Shown here: one piece after another, positions 7,565-16,620 of the stretch
How positions within the stretch are numbered: the first letter of the stretch is position 1
How the letters are laid out: each line of letters opens with the position of its first letter
Source: a virus
Reading direction: 5' to 3' (one strand)
IMG/VR virus record: IMGVR_UViG_3300047281_000098
Span: 1 to 64,000 of that record
Length of the DNA: 64,000 nucleotides
Made by a program: the position numbers and the translations under genes
Notes under the pieces: generated by a model
The model's input: the letters and a program-made list of their open reading frames with translations, nothing else
What the model was told of the DNA's origin: nothing
The model's database searches: none

Positions 7565-8614
7565 ATGAAGTTTTCAAAACTTTTGCCAGCTGTACTAATT
7601 TCCAGTACTTTCATGGTAGCACTACCCAGCGTAGAAGCTTCCAGTTTCGGACGGAGCAGTAGTTCGAGTTCCAGCGGATCGCGGTCATCGTCGTCATCAA
7701 GCAAATCAAGTTCGGCGCCAAGTCGCCCTAGTGCTCCAGCGGCTGCCCCGGCGCCAAGTCGTCCAGGTGGCATCGGCAGCACATCAGGTTCGATGGGTGT
7801 TCGCAAAAGTGAAGTTACTTCACCAGTAGCACAAAAAGTTGAACAAGGCCGGCCATCGACTACAAATCCAAGCCCAGGTAATTCGGGTAGTGCTGGTCCA
7901 ACATATGGCTCTGCTAATCAACCTAACTACGGGCAACCTCCTGTAGTAATGCAGGGAAATAGTGGTCCTGGATTTGGTACCATCTTCGGCGGCGCGCTGG
8001 CAGGTAGCGTAGTCGGTAATATGATTAACGGCGGTGGCAGTCACGGTGGTGGTACTACTGTTATTAACAACGGTACACCGGGTGGTGGCGGCGCAGTAAG
8101 TAGCAACGTAGCAGGCTCTGGCCCTGCTGGCGGATTTGATAATGGACCAGGTGGTTCAAGTTTTTCTCAACCTAAAAAGGAATATACCGTGTGGAGTTTT
8201 ATCGCTGATGTGTTTGGTTTCGTAATTGTAATTGCTCTGCTACTCGGTGTTGCATGGCTGTTCTATAAAGGATTTAAAATGGTAAATGTTTATGTTAAGC
8301 GCGAACGCGGAGTTGGTCCTAGCCAACCATTCAATCCAACACAGAAGTTTTGGGAAATTCAAAAGGCGTTTGCGGCTGCTGATGTTGATAAACTGACAGT
8401 ATTGCTGGGCCCAGACCTGGTCGACGAAGCAACTGCGAATATTGCCCCTAACACTATTACACTCAGTAAAGTCAGTCACGAAGTAGTGCTGTCTAACCCG
8501 CGCGAGTTTAGCATTCACTATACATTCGAAGACAATGGCGAAAAAGTTGATCAAGTGTTCCATTATGAACTACACGAAGGTGCATGGAAGCTCAACGGTA
8601 TCGAGACTGTATAA
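7565..8614 (+). CDS. membrane protein with Ser/Gly-rich region and C-terminal Tim44-like domain
   Basis: signal peptide, low-complexity linker, GGALAGSVVG, TM helix, FWEIQKAF...WKLNGIE. Confidence 0.75.
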   Translation: MKFSKLLPAVLISSTFMVALPSVEASSFGRSSSSSSSGSRSSSSSSKSSSAPSRPSAPAAAPAPSRPGGIGSTSGSMGVRKSEVTSPVAQKVEQGRPSTTNPSPGNSGSAGPTYGSANQPNYGQPPVVMQGNSGPGFGTIFGGALAGSVVGNMINGGGSHGGGTTVINNGTPGGGGAVSSNVAGSGPAGGFDNGPGGSSFSQPKKEYTVWSFIADVFGFVIVIALLLGVAWLFYKGFKMVNVYVKRERGVGPSQPFNPTQKFWEIQKAFAAADVDKLTVLLGPDLVDEATANIAPNTITLSKVSHEVVLSNPREFSIHYTFEDNGEKVDQVFHYELHEGAWKLNGIETV

Positions 8615-8922
8615 TGAAAATGTATATCGCAATCAAAGAGTGGGTACCAACTGGACACGCCCTTAATGTTGCCGCCCACGCCGGTTTAATCGGATACCTA
8701 GCGTTCCAAGATCATGAATGGACTCAAGACTGGTTGAAGAATTCATTTAAGAAAGTTACCTGTATGGTAAGTGATGAAGAATTTGCTGAACTGAAGAAGG
8801 TTGACTACTGTAAAGTTATCACTGAAAGTAGACTTGATAATGATCAAGTGGGTATTGTATTTGCCCCGCGTAAGAAAGAAGATTGGCCCGAGATTATGTC
8901 AACACTACGGTTGTGGAAATGA
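8614..8922 (+). CDS. peptidyl-tRNA hydrolase, Pth2-like
   Basis: KMYIAIK...GHALNVAAHAGL...W...FKKVTC...FAPR; start corrected to 8614. Confidence 0.75.
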   Translation: MKMYIAIKEWVPTGHALNVAAHAGLIGYLAFQDHEWTQDWLKNSFKKVTCMVSDEEFAELKKVDYCKVITESRLDNDQVGIVFAPRKKEDWPEIMSTLRLWK

Positions 8923-9146
8923 ACAAACGAATTAAAAAACTTGCTGAACAGGCTGGGATGAACGCATTTGAACCAACAATGGACTACGACAGAAAAGAAA
9001 CTCATTGGACTGGCTGGGATGCCAACTTAGAAAAGTTCGCCAAGTTGATTGTTCAGGAGTGTGTTGATTTTACTAATACGTATAATGTTAATGGTAAAAG
9101 CATAGTTGGACAAGTAATCAAAGAACACTTTGGAGTTGAAGAATGA
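8919..9146 (+). CDS. MNERI-family small protein
   Basis: MNKRIKKLAEQAG...EKFAKLIVQEC...EHFGVEE. Confidence 0.85.
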   Translation: MNKRIKKLAEQAGMNAFEPTMDYDRKETHWTGWDANLEKFAKLIVQECVDFTNTYNVNGKSIVGQVIKEHFGVEE

Positions 9147-9478
9147 AGTGCAACAAATGCGGATACGATGACAACGGCACAAGCGACTTTGCGCACTTTT
9201 GCGGGACATTAGACCTAAAGAACATGACTAGCGGCCAATTTAAGATGGGTGGATGCCCACAATGTGGAAAGCAAGATTGTATTGCCCTCAGTTGCACACA
9301 GTCTGAAAGTCACTTACCAGTAGCAGAACAAAGTCTAGTTTATCGTTTACGTAAGCGGGCAGAGATTCGCAGACAAATTAGTTCACGTAAAAGTGTCCAA
9401 GAGGGCAAGAATGACCGTATTGCTGACCTCTTAGAGGAAGCAGCAAATGAAATTGACCGCTTGAACGAGTTAAACTAG
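9143..9478 (+). CDS. hypothetical protein with Cys-rich N-terminus
   Basis: CNKC, CPQC motifs then basic helix RLRKRAEIRRQI. Confidence 0.75.
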   Translation: MKCNKCGYDDNGTSDFAHFCGTLDLKNMTSGQFKMGGCPQCGKQDCIALSCTQSESHLPVAEQSLVYRLRKRAEIRRQISSRKSVQEGKNDRIADLLEEAANEIDRLNELN

Positions 9479-10606
9479 TTTTTCCCACGCAATATATTCA
9501 GGATTTTTCAGATTCTGAACTCGTGCTGTGGGATAGCAGGCAAACATACCATTGGCGTAACGCATATAGATATCAAGTTCGGCAACATTATCGGAATCAG
9601 GACGTCCAATTTCAGCAATGAATAATTGACTTGTTCCGTCAGGCGCACCATATCGCAGTCGTTTGATAATGAGGTCATCAACAGTATCGATAGCCGGTAC
9701 AAGATACAATCCGGTAGAGCTGGCGTAAAAGTATGGATCTTCCGCAAAGCGAAGCATACTAGATAATTTTCCACTCTCTCGCAAATGCTTCTCAATAATG
9801 CGCTCAAACTCAACAGCAATTTTAGAGAATAATGGCTTTGCGTACCCTTTCTTAGTTGCCCAATTGGCTTGAAACCAGTCACCAAAAACACGTTGCCATT
9901 TGGCACCTGTAGTGATACTAGCGAGTATTTTTTCACGAGACCAGTTAACTGTCTGTTTACCGGTACATTTAAATGTATTAGTCAGTGGTAAGTATGTTAT
10001 TGAATATGCTATATCCTTAGGAGCAATAGCCTGATCAGGTTGCGCTTCTGCCTCATCCAGTACATCAGCAAAAATTGCCTGCTTCATGTCATTAAACTCA
10101 ATGGTTGCGTATTTGGAAAAAGTATCAATACCACGCTCTGTTTCAAGTCCTAAACTCTTAGGAGTTAAGTTAGCGAGAGTGATGCCACCTTCGGCTTTGA
10201 TGCTCACTCCCGTGATGGAACAGCCGATAAAACTGATATCAACTGCCCCTGCATCACTCTTATTTGACCCACCGGCCCACCCGTATGCTGTTACAGTTGT
10301 GTCAGTCATATTGATAGGATCAATCATGGCAGCTTGATATCTAATTCCGATTGATGCCCATTTAGCAAATACAACTGGATCATAGTTAGGTGCTAATAGA
10401 TTTTTAATATCTTTATAGACTCTTTCGGGTTCATGTAACATATCAGGATCCATTGTTCTTTCTGGATTCTTAGGGTCGAAGGTTGACACATCAACTCCCA
10501 TAAACCCGGCTAACATCCCTACCTCACTATTATACCTGATTCCACTGGACTTTCCGCCCTCAGTGATAGGTTCAATGCTCTCGTTGGTAAATTCATAATA
10601 TCTCAT
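9470..10606 (-). CDS. putative virion-associated restriction-endonuclease-like protein
   Basis: start corrected to MRYYEFTNES at 10606, directly after late promoter TATAAATA; AVDISF-x6-GVSIK resembles the D..SxK variant of PD-(D/E)xK; function inferred. Confidence 0.55.
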   Translation of the reverse strand: MRYYEFTNESIEPITEGGKSSGIRYNSEVGMLAGFMGVDVSTFDPKNPERTMDPDMLHEPERVYKDIKNLLAPNYDPVVFAKWASIGIRYQAAMIDPINMTDTTVTAYGWAGGSNKSDAGAVDISFIGCSITGVSIKAEGGITLANLTPKSLGLETERGIDTFSKYATIEFNDMKQAIFADVLDEAEAQPDQAIAPKDIAYSITYLPLTNTFKCTGKQTVNWSREKILASITTGAKWQRVFGDWFQANWATKKGYAKPLFSKIAVEFERIIEKHLRESGKLSSMLRFAEDPYFYASSTGLYLVPAIDTVDDLIIKRLRYGAPDGTSQLFIAEIGRPDSDNVAELDIYMRYANGMFACYPTARVQNLKNPEYIAWEKLV

Positions 10607-10610
10607 CTTG

Positions 10611-10618
10611 TATTTATA
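10611..10618 (-). promoter_or_regulatory. T4-type late promoter
   Basis: TATAAATA on minus strand, 4 nt before ATG. Confidence 0.75.
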
Positions 10619-10662
10619 CAATATTACACTAACAGTTAGTAACATGAACGGGCAATAAAAAG

Positions 10663-10691
10663 TTGACTTTTTAATCAATATGCTGTACAAT
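10663..10691 (+). promoter_or_regulatory. sigma70-type promoter for methyltransferase
   Basis: TTGACT-17 nt-TACAAT. Confidence 0.7.
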
Positions 10692-10720
10692 ATCACATTG
10701 ACATAGACACAGGAGAAAAT

Positions 10721-11599
10721 ATGTTCCCATATATCGGTGGAAAGGCCCATCACATTACTTGGATGGACCCGTTGTTCCCAAGCTCATTCTCAACTTTCGC
10801 AGAAGTCTTCGGCGGTGCTGGATGGACCAGCATTAAAAGTTCAAAGGTTGAAGTCGCAAAAACTAGAATCTACAATGACTTCAACCCACTATTGGCTAAT
10901 GTATATGAATGCTTTAGACAAGATCCAGCCAAGCTACTTGCTGGAATGGACGCTGTTGTAAAAAGTGACGCAGTGATTTATAAAGATTTCCAAAAGCAAT
11001 TGTTTGTTGATTTGGATTGGAATTCTATAATCGCCGGTGACTTTGATTTAGCAGTAAAATATCTCTATCTACAAACACAGGTGTTCGCTGGTACTCCACT
11101 AAGCGAAAAGAATGTATCATATTTTTGTGATGTAAAAAGTAACGGAAAATACAATAGTAAATACGACACCTTGAAGGGTAAGTTGAGTAACGATAAAATT
11201 GTAAAAAGACTTCAGGCAATTACTGCTGTGGAGAAATTAGACTGTATTGATCTGATCCACAAGTACGATAGTCCTGATACTTTTTTCTATGTGGACCCAC
11301 CGTACTTCAAAATGGAATTCTATTACAGTAAAGACTTCCCACGAGAAAAGCATAAAGAACTTGCTGATACACTGGCAAACATTCAAGGTAAGTTCGCCCT
11401 GAGCTATTATGACTTTGATGATTTGAAACTGTTTTACCCCGAAGACAAATTCAGATGGCATCGTCAGAGCGTGTACCGTAGTGCCGCAACTCGTAGCGCA
11501 AAATCAGCAGATTATGCGGAAAAAAGTAAAGGAACAGAGGTAATGATAATGAATTACAGTGATTACAGTGAATTCCCTGATAATTTTGTCGTAGAGTGA
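10721..11599 (+). CDS. DNA N6-adenine methyltransferase (Dam/D12 class)
   Basis: FPYIGGK, EVFGGAG (motif I), YNDFN, DPPY (motif IV). Confidence 0.95.
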   Translation: MFPYIGGKAHHITWMDPLFPSSFSTFAEVFGGAGWTSIKSSKVEVAKTRIYNDFNPLLANVYECFRQDPAKLLAGMDAVVKSDAVIYKDFQKQLFVDLDWNSIIAGDFDLAVKYLYLQTQVFAGTPLSEKNVSYFCDVKSNGKYNSKYDTLKGKLSNDKIVKRLQAITAVEKLDCIDLIHKYDSPDTFFYVDPPYFKMEFYYSKDFPREKHKELADTLANIQGKFALSYYDFDDLKLFYPEDKFRWHRQSVYRSAATRSAKSADYAEKSKGTEVMIMNYSDYSEFPDNFVVE

Positions 11600-11611
11600 C
11601 ACACAAATCGG

Positions 11612-11660
11612 TTGACATTAAATCATTTTGGTGATATAATAGATACTTAAACAGCAACAA
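11612..11660 (+). promoter_or_regulatory. repeated early promoter element
   Basis: TTGACATTAAATCATTTTGGTGATATAATAGATACTTAAACAGCAAC, identical to the copy at 38636. Confidence 0.9.
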
Positions 11661-11669
11661 AGACTTACA

Positions 11670-11978
11670 ATGAAACAACAAATTGAACAGTATTTTGAAG
11701 TGATTCGCACAAGCTACAGCAACTTCGGCACTCCAAGCGCAATTCGTGATAAAATGATTGTGGAATTCAATGATAAGTTGCGTGTTGACGAAGGTAACAA
11801 ATTCATTAAAATCGTTTCCAATGGCTCAGTTCACTCTTTCATTGTCAAGGAAGACGGCCCTAAGTTTAAACGCGGTGACATTCTCAAAGCAGCTAGCTGG
11901 TCAGCTCCTGCTAAAAACTTCGCCCGTGGCAATCTTCTTACCGGTGACTTCAAGAATATTTCTTGGACAGGTGCTTAA
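11670..11978 (+). CDS. conserved phage hypothetical protein
   Basis: GDILKAASWSAPAKNFARGN motif; own promoter. Confidence 0.8.
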   Translation: MKQQIEQYFEVIRTSYSNFGTPSAIRDKMIVEFNDKLRVDEGNKFIKIVSNGSVHSFIVKEDGPKFKRGDILKAASWSAPAKNFARGNLLTGDFKNISWTGA

Positions 11979-11995
11979 TTTATTTTCAAAATTAC

Positions 11996-12024
11996 TTGAC
12001 GATAAATCATTTTTCAGTTATAAT
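11996..12024 (+). promoter_or_regulatory. early promoter element
   Basis: TTGACG-17 nt-TATAAT. Confidence 0.8.
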
Positions 12025-12069
12025 AAGTTTCATTCAGCAAATCTCTCTTTTAATTAAATAGGAATCAAA

Positions 12070-13170
12070 ATGGCAGCAGTAATCAGCGACAACTTCACTA
12101 TCACTAGTGCGCAGGCTCGTAAATCAATTCTCAAAGCGTTTAAAATTAAACGCCCCGTGTTTCTCTGGGGCCCTCCCGGCATCGGCAAGTCTGAAGTAGT
12201 TGCTGAAATTGCCGAAGAACTCGGCGGCGCGATTATCGATTTGCGCATGGCGCAGATGGAACCCACTGATATTCGTGGCATCCCGTTCTTCAACAAAGAT
12301 ATCAACAAAATGGATTGGGCTCCCCCAGTTGACTTGCCCGATGAAGAATTCGCCAGCAAGTACCCCATTGTTGTGTTGTTTCTTGATGAAATGAATTCTG
12401 CGGCACCATCAGTTCAAGCCGCCGGCTATCAGTTGATTTTGAATCGCCGCGTTGGTAAGTATGTGCTGCCAGACAATGTTGTTATCGTTGCTGCTGGCAA
12501 TCGTGACTCTGACAAAGGCGTGACATATCGTATGCCAATGCCCCTAGCTAATCGTTTCATTCACTTGGAAATGCGCCCCGACTTTACTTCATGGCAAAAC
12601 TGGGCAGTGAACAAAGGCATCCATAAAGATGTCGTTGGCTACTTGTCTTTTGCTAAGCAAGATATCTATGACTTTGATTCTAAGTCTAGTTCACGTGCGT
12701 TTGCTACTCCGCGTAGCTGGTGCTTTGTGTCTGATCTGCTGAATGATGACGACACCGACATTGACACAATGTTTAGTTTGATCGCAGGCGCAGTTGGTGA
12801 AGGTCTTGCTGTGAAATTCGCAGCACACCGCAAGCTGTCAGGTAAGATGCCCGAGCCCGCAGATATTCTGTCCGGTAAAGTCAAGGACCTTGCTGTTAAG
12901 GAAATCAGCGCAATGTATGCTCTGACTGTGGCATTGTGCTATGAACTCAAAGACGCAGTGGCTGACAAGAAGGTGACAAGTAAGCAATTTCATGAAATGG
13001 CTGACAACTTCTTTGAATACATCATGAACAACTTTGAAACTGAATTGGTTGTGATGGGTGCTAAGGTAGCGTTGAAGACTTACAAGTTGCCAATCGAGCC
13101 AAGTCAGTTGAAGCACTTTGATGCGTTTCACAAGAAATTCGGCAAGTACATTGTAGAAGCAGGTAACTAA
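12070..13170 (+). CDS. MoxR-like AAA+ ATPase
   Basis: Walker A GPPGIGKS, Walker B LFLDE, AAGN, LANRF, TPRSW. Confidence 0.93.
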   Translation: MAAVISDNFTITSAQARKSILKAFKIKRPVFLWGPPGIGKSEVVAEIAEELGGAIIDLRMAQMEPTDIRGIPFFNKDINKMDWAPPVDLPDEEFASKYPIVVLFLDEMNSAAPSVQAAGYQLILNRRVGKYVLPDNVVIVAAGNRDSDKGVTYRMPMPLANRFIHLEMRPDFTSWQNWAVNKGIHKDVVGYLSFAKQDIYDFDSKSSSRAFATPRSWCFVSDLLNDDDTDIDTMFSLIAGAVGEGLAVKFAAHRKLSGKMPEPADILSGKVKDLAVKEISAMYALTVALCYELKDAVADKKVTSKQFHEMADNFFEYIMNNFETELVVMGAKVALKTYKLPIEPSQLKHFDAFHKKFGKYIVEAGN

Positions 13171-13220
13171 AATGAACAAGGTGAGCGTAGAAATATTCTC
13201 ACCTTGTATCATAATAATGA

Positions 13221-13249
13221 TTGACGATAAATCATTATTCTGTTATAAT
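13221..13249 (+). promoter_or_regulatory. early promoter element
   Basis: TTGACG-17 nt-TATAAT followed by AGATACTTAAACAG. Confidence 0.82.
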
Positions 13250-13275
13250 AGATACTTAAACAGAAAGACTTTAAA

Positions 13276-14571
13276 ATGACAACAGCAATCGCACCCAAAG
13301 CAGCTAAAAAAACAAAAAGTAAAAAGTACGAAAATCTAATCGGCCCCACTGATGCCAAGATTGACAATCAAGCACGTGAACGTTTGATCACTGCCCGAAT
13401 TGGACTGTTGCTTCGTCATTCCTTCTTTGGTAATCTTGCTACTCGCCTACAGCTTATCAATGCTGATAGCTGGTGTGGTACTGCTGCTACTGACGGCCAA
13501 AAGTTCTATTACAATTCACGCTTCATTATGCTTCTTAAAGTTAAGGAAGTAGAATTTCTCGTGGGCCACGAAGTGTTACACGTTGTGTATGATCACATGG
13601 GTCGAGTAGGTAATCGTGATCACCAGATGTGGAATATTGCTGATGACTATGCTGTCAATGCTGATTTGAAACGTCATAAAGTTGGACAGTTCATCACCAC
13701 AGTGCCTTGTTTGTACGAACAAAAATACGATGGCAAGCCCGCTGAAGAAATCTATGATGACTTGATGAAAAACGTACAGAAAATCAGTATTGATGATCTT
13801 CTGGACCAGATGATTGATGATCACATGGATGGTGAAGACGGTGAAGATGGTGACGGTGAAGATGGTGACGGCAAACCCGGACAAGGCAAAGGTCGTCCAC
13901 GTATGTCTGCTGAAGAAAAAGAACGTGTTCGCCAAGAAGTAAAGCAGGCAATTATTGCTGCTGCTCAAGGTGCTGAAGCTGGCACTATCCCTAAAGGCGT
14001 CGAGCGTTTGATTCGCAATACTACTGATCCGCAGATGCCATGGCGCGAACTGTTACAGGTAAATCTGACAAGTGCTATTCGTAATGACTATAGCTGGGGT
14101 CGCCCCAATCGTAGATCATGGCACATGGATGCTATCATGCCTGGCATGACTCCCGGTGAAGAAATTGATGTAACAGTTGCGATTGATATGTCAGGCAGTA
14201 TTAGCAATAAACAAGCATCAATGTTTCTAGGTGAGATTGCTGGAATGATGGGTTCATTCTCCGGCTACAAAGTTCATGTGTTTTGCTTTGATACCAAAAC
14301 TTACAATCCTGCTGACTTTACCAGCGAGAACATGGACCTCATTGACGAATACGAGCCAATGGGCGGTGGCGGTACTGACTTTGATTGTATTTTTGATTAT
14401 CTGAAAGAGAATGCCATTGATCCAAAGCGTCTGATTGTATTCACTGATGGATATCCATGTGGCTCTTGGGGTGATAAAGATTACTGCGACACTACTTGGA
14501 TCATTCACGGTGACAAGGATCCTCATCCCCCGTTTGGCACTTGGGCTATCTATGATGAACCGGCCAACTGA
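13276..14571 (+). CDS. metallopeptidase-vWA domain protein (DUF2201-like), MoxR partner
   Basis: TAATDG, HEVLH, MIDAS DMSGS, GGGGTDF, FTDG. Confidence 0.92.
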   Translation: MTTAIAPKAAKKTKSKKYENLIGPTDAKIDNQARERLITARIGLLLRHSFFGNLATRLQLINADSWCGTAATDGQKFYYNSRFIMLLKVKEVEFLVGHEVLHVVYDHMGRVGNRDHQMWNIADDYAVNADLKRHKVGQFITTVPCLYEQKYDGKPAEEIYDDLMKNVQKISIDDLLDQMIDDHMDGEDGEDGDGEDGDGKPGQGKGRPRMSAEEKERVRQEVKQAIIAAAQGAEAGTIPKGVERLIRNTTDPQMPWRELLQVNLTSAIRNDYSWGRPNRRSWHMDAIMPGMTPGEEIDVTVAIDMSGSISNKQASMFLGEIAGMMGSFSGYKVHVFCFDTKTYNPADFTSENMDLIDEYEPMGGGGTDFDCIFDYLKENAIDPKRLIVFTDGYPCGSWGDKDYCDTTWIIHGDKDPHPPFGTWAIYDEPAN

Positions 14572-14579
14572 TTGTAAAA

Positions 14580-14816
14580 ATGACTGACATATACGAATCA
14601 CCTGATAAGGGAGAAACCGTGTATGTTCGTCAATCTGGCTCAGTTGAACGCACATTACATAGTGTCAGTGAACGACAACATGATCTACACGCAAGTCTAG
14701 TGGAGTCACAGCTTTGGGGTCAAATACACCGGGCTGCGAAAACAAATGTGGCACTGGCTGATGCATTGGATAAGGTTAAAATGATTTATGCGCTCATCAA
14801 AAAAGAAAAAAACTAG
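14580..14816 (+). CDS. hypothetical protein
   Basis: IYESPDKGETVY motif; tiled ORF. Confidence 0.75.
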   Translation: MTDIYESPDKGETVYVRQSGSVERTLHSVSERQHDLHASLVESQLWGQIHRAAKTNVALADALDKVKMIYALIKKEKN

Positions 14817-15159
14817 ATATCTTGCAATGTGGGATATGACCGGGCTTGAATGTCTAATCAATGTGTCTGTCATACAAGAGAAACATGAACAGTGGGAAAA
14901 AGAAAATATTTTTCGTATTCTTCAAGAGAAAGAATCGTCCCCTGCCCCCAAAATCGTGCCATTGAATCAACTGATTCTCAGGGCAAGATTCAATAGTCAT
15001 CGCCACTATGAGATTTACACTTTTGATTCAGCGTTGACTGAAGAAGATATTAAAGAAACATTTGCCGATGACCCGCAATTGATTGTTGATACCATTCGTA
15101 ATGCGGGTCACGAAATTTATAGCGACCGAGTATTAAAGAAAACACAGGTGATAACATGA
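14788..15159 (+). CDS. hypothetical protein
   Basis: tiled ORF. Confidence 0.75.
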   Translation: MRSSKKKKTRYLAMWDMTGLECLINVSVIQEKHEQWEKENIFRILQEKESSPAPKIVPLNQLILRARFNSHRHYEIYTFDSALTEEDIKETFADDPQLIVDTIRNAGHEIYSDRVLKKTQVIT

Positions 15160-15572
15160 GAATGCTAATTGGAACAAGTTTGGGTGGATGCCTTCAATCT
15201 ATCATGAAGGGTGAAGTGTCCGAGGATGAAGTATTGCTACTAATTACCCGCACAATGTGTACTTCACAAGAGGGATTGATGGCGATTGTGGAAATGTATC
15301 ATAGTAACGGTAATTTCCTGGCATCACGTCCAGATCAATATAAAATGAGTGAGTTTCCTCTTGACGAGGTGAAGGCGCTTGCTATTAGATTGTACCAAGC
15401 TGGTAAAATTCATCAGCCTCGCAACTTTAATGAATATAGTGGGTTCATTCACCCCGGACTCGCACAAGGTGATGGATGCTGGATTGAAGTTAATCCGCTT
15501 GGTATTAATTCAAATCCAATAGTAGTAGATGCCTACGAAAAATATAAGATGCTGGATTCATTGACCAAATGA
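15156..15572 (+). CDS. hypothetical protein
   Basis: tiled ORF, ATGA overlaps. Confidence 0.75.
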   Translation: MRMLIGTSLGGCLQSIMKGEVSEDEVLLLITRTMCTSQEGLMAIVEMYHSNGNFLASRPDQYKMSEFPLDEVKALAIRLYQAGKIHQPRNFNEYSGFIHPGLAQGDGCWIEVNPLGINSNPIVVDAYEKYKMLDSLTK

Positions 15573-15835
15573 CAGAGTACACAATCAATCCACTAACATG
15601 GTTTGCTGGCCGAGAATCAACATTCACTCCTGAACACTTTACAGTGGCAAATGAGCCGCTTACCCCGCAATCTAAACAATGGATCATTGATAAATTGTCT
15701 GGTAGGTATTCTATTGTACAGTATATCGAATCAGAAACTGGGGTAACTATATTCCAGTCATATTCACGACTTTTCGGGCAACCTGCCTTCGAAGATCCTA
15801 AAGAAGCAGTACTTTATGAGCTTAGATGGTCATAA
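15569..15835 (+). CDS. dispersed LRW-family small protein
   Basis: ends FEDPKEAVLYELRWS like the 45-51 kb array. Confidence 0.75.
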   Translation: MTEYTINPLTWFAGRESTFTPEHFTVANEPLTPQSKQWIIDKLSGRYSIVQYIESETGVTIFQSYSRLFGQPAFEDPKEAVLYELRWS

Positions 15836-15909
15836 AGTAGTATTATAAATATTTCACACCAAATTACTCTTATTAAATAAGTTTATATCATATAACAAGG
15901 AGAACATAT

Positions 15910-16620
15910 ATGAGTTTTACACGACACGTTGGCAAACACGGCGACCGCAAAGTAGCAATCGTTTTTAGAGAAGTCCCAGGTGAGCCACACATGTGCCTGG
16001 TCACGTATACCGAACTTATCAATCAACACATTCATGATCCTTTGATCCAGTGTATTGATAGTGATATCGGCCAGAATAGTGAGAACTTAGCTGATGCGTT
16101 GAATCGCACCTATACTAAAGATGGTCGTCCGATTCTTCAAGTTCTACACACTGAAGGTCAGTTGAAGAAAGTTCAAACTGCCTTGATCGTTATGACACCT
16201 AACCCAAGCACACGCATTCGTCTTGATGAACTTAATGTCATGCTTGATGAAATGAAACAAGGTGAAGCTGCCGTTAAGAAAATGGCTGAAATGGACAAGA
16301 GCCGCGGTATGCAAGATCCAGCTGATGTTGTCCGCAGAATGCGTGGTCCAGTAACCGGAGAAGTAACTGCTCCCACTGGCGATGCGCTAGGTGATGCTAA
16401 TCTCGCAAAGCAACGAATTGAACAAGCGCAGCGCATGGAACGTGAAGCATCTGGTCTAATGGCTGAAGCAGCACGTTTGATGACTGAAGCAAAAGCACTT
16501 GACCCTGCGCTATCAACCCCAACTAAGATTACTAAAGTGAAAAAAGTGAAAGCTGTAGAAGCAATCGCACCCGTTGCGGCACCCCGCAAATACACTAAAA
16601 AAGTAACTAATGTCACCTGA
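15910..16620 (+). CDS. conserved hypothetical protein
   Basis: AAGGAG RBS, TAAATA boxes upstream, 236 aa. Confidence 0.8.
   Translation: MSFTRHVGKHGDRKVAIVFREVPGEPHMCLVTYTELINQHIHDPLIQCIDSDIGQNSENLADALNRTYTKDGRPILQVLHTEGQLKKVQTALIVMTPNPSTRIRLDELNVMLDEMKQGEAAVKKMAEMDKSRGMQDPADVVRRMRGPVTGEVTAPTGDALGDANLAKQRIEQAQRMEREASGLMAEAARLMTEAKALDPALSTPTKITKVKKVKAVEAIAPVAAPRKYTKKVTNVT

Noticed and set aside
909-9146. diversity-generating retroelement
   Set aside because: No reverse transcriptase in the window, and variation is by unrelated inserts of different length, not adenine-specific substitution.
10607-10753. 49-aa N-terminal extension of the minus-strand ORF
   Set aside because: It overlaps the methyltransferase start and both promoters; the ATG at 10606 follows the late box.
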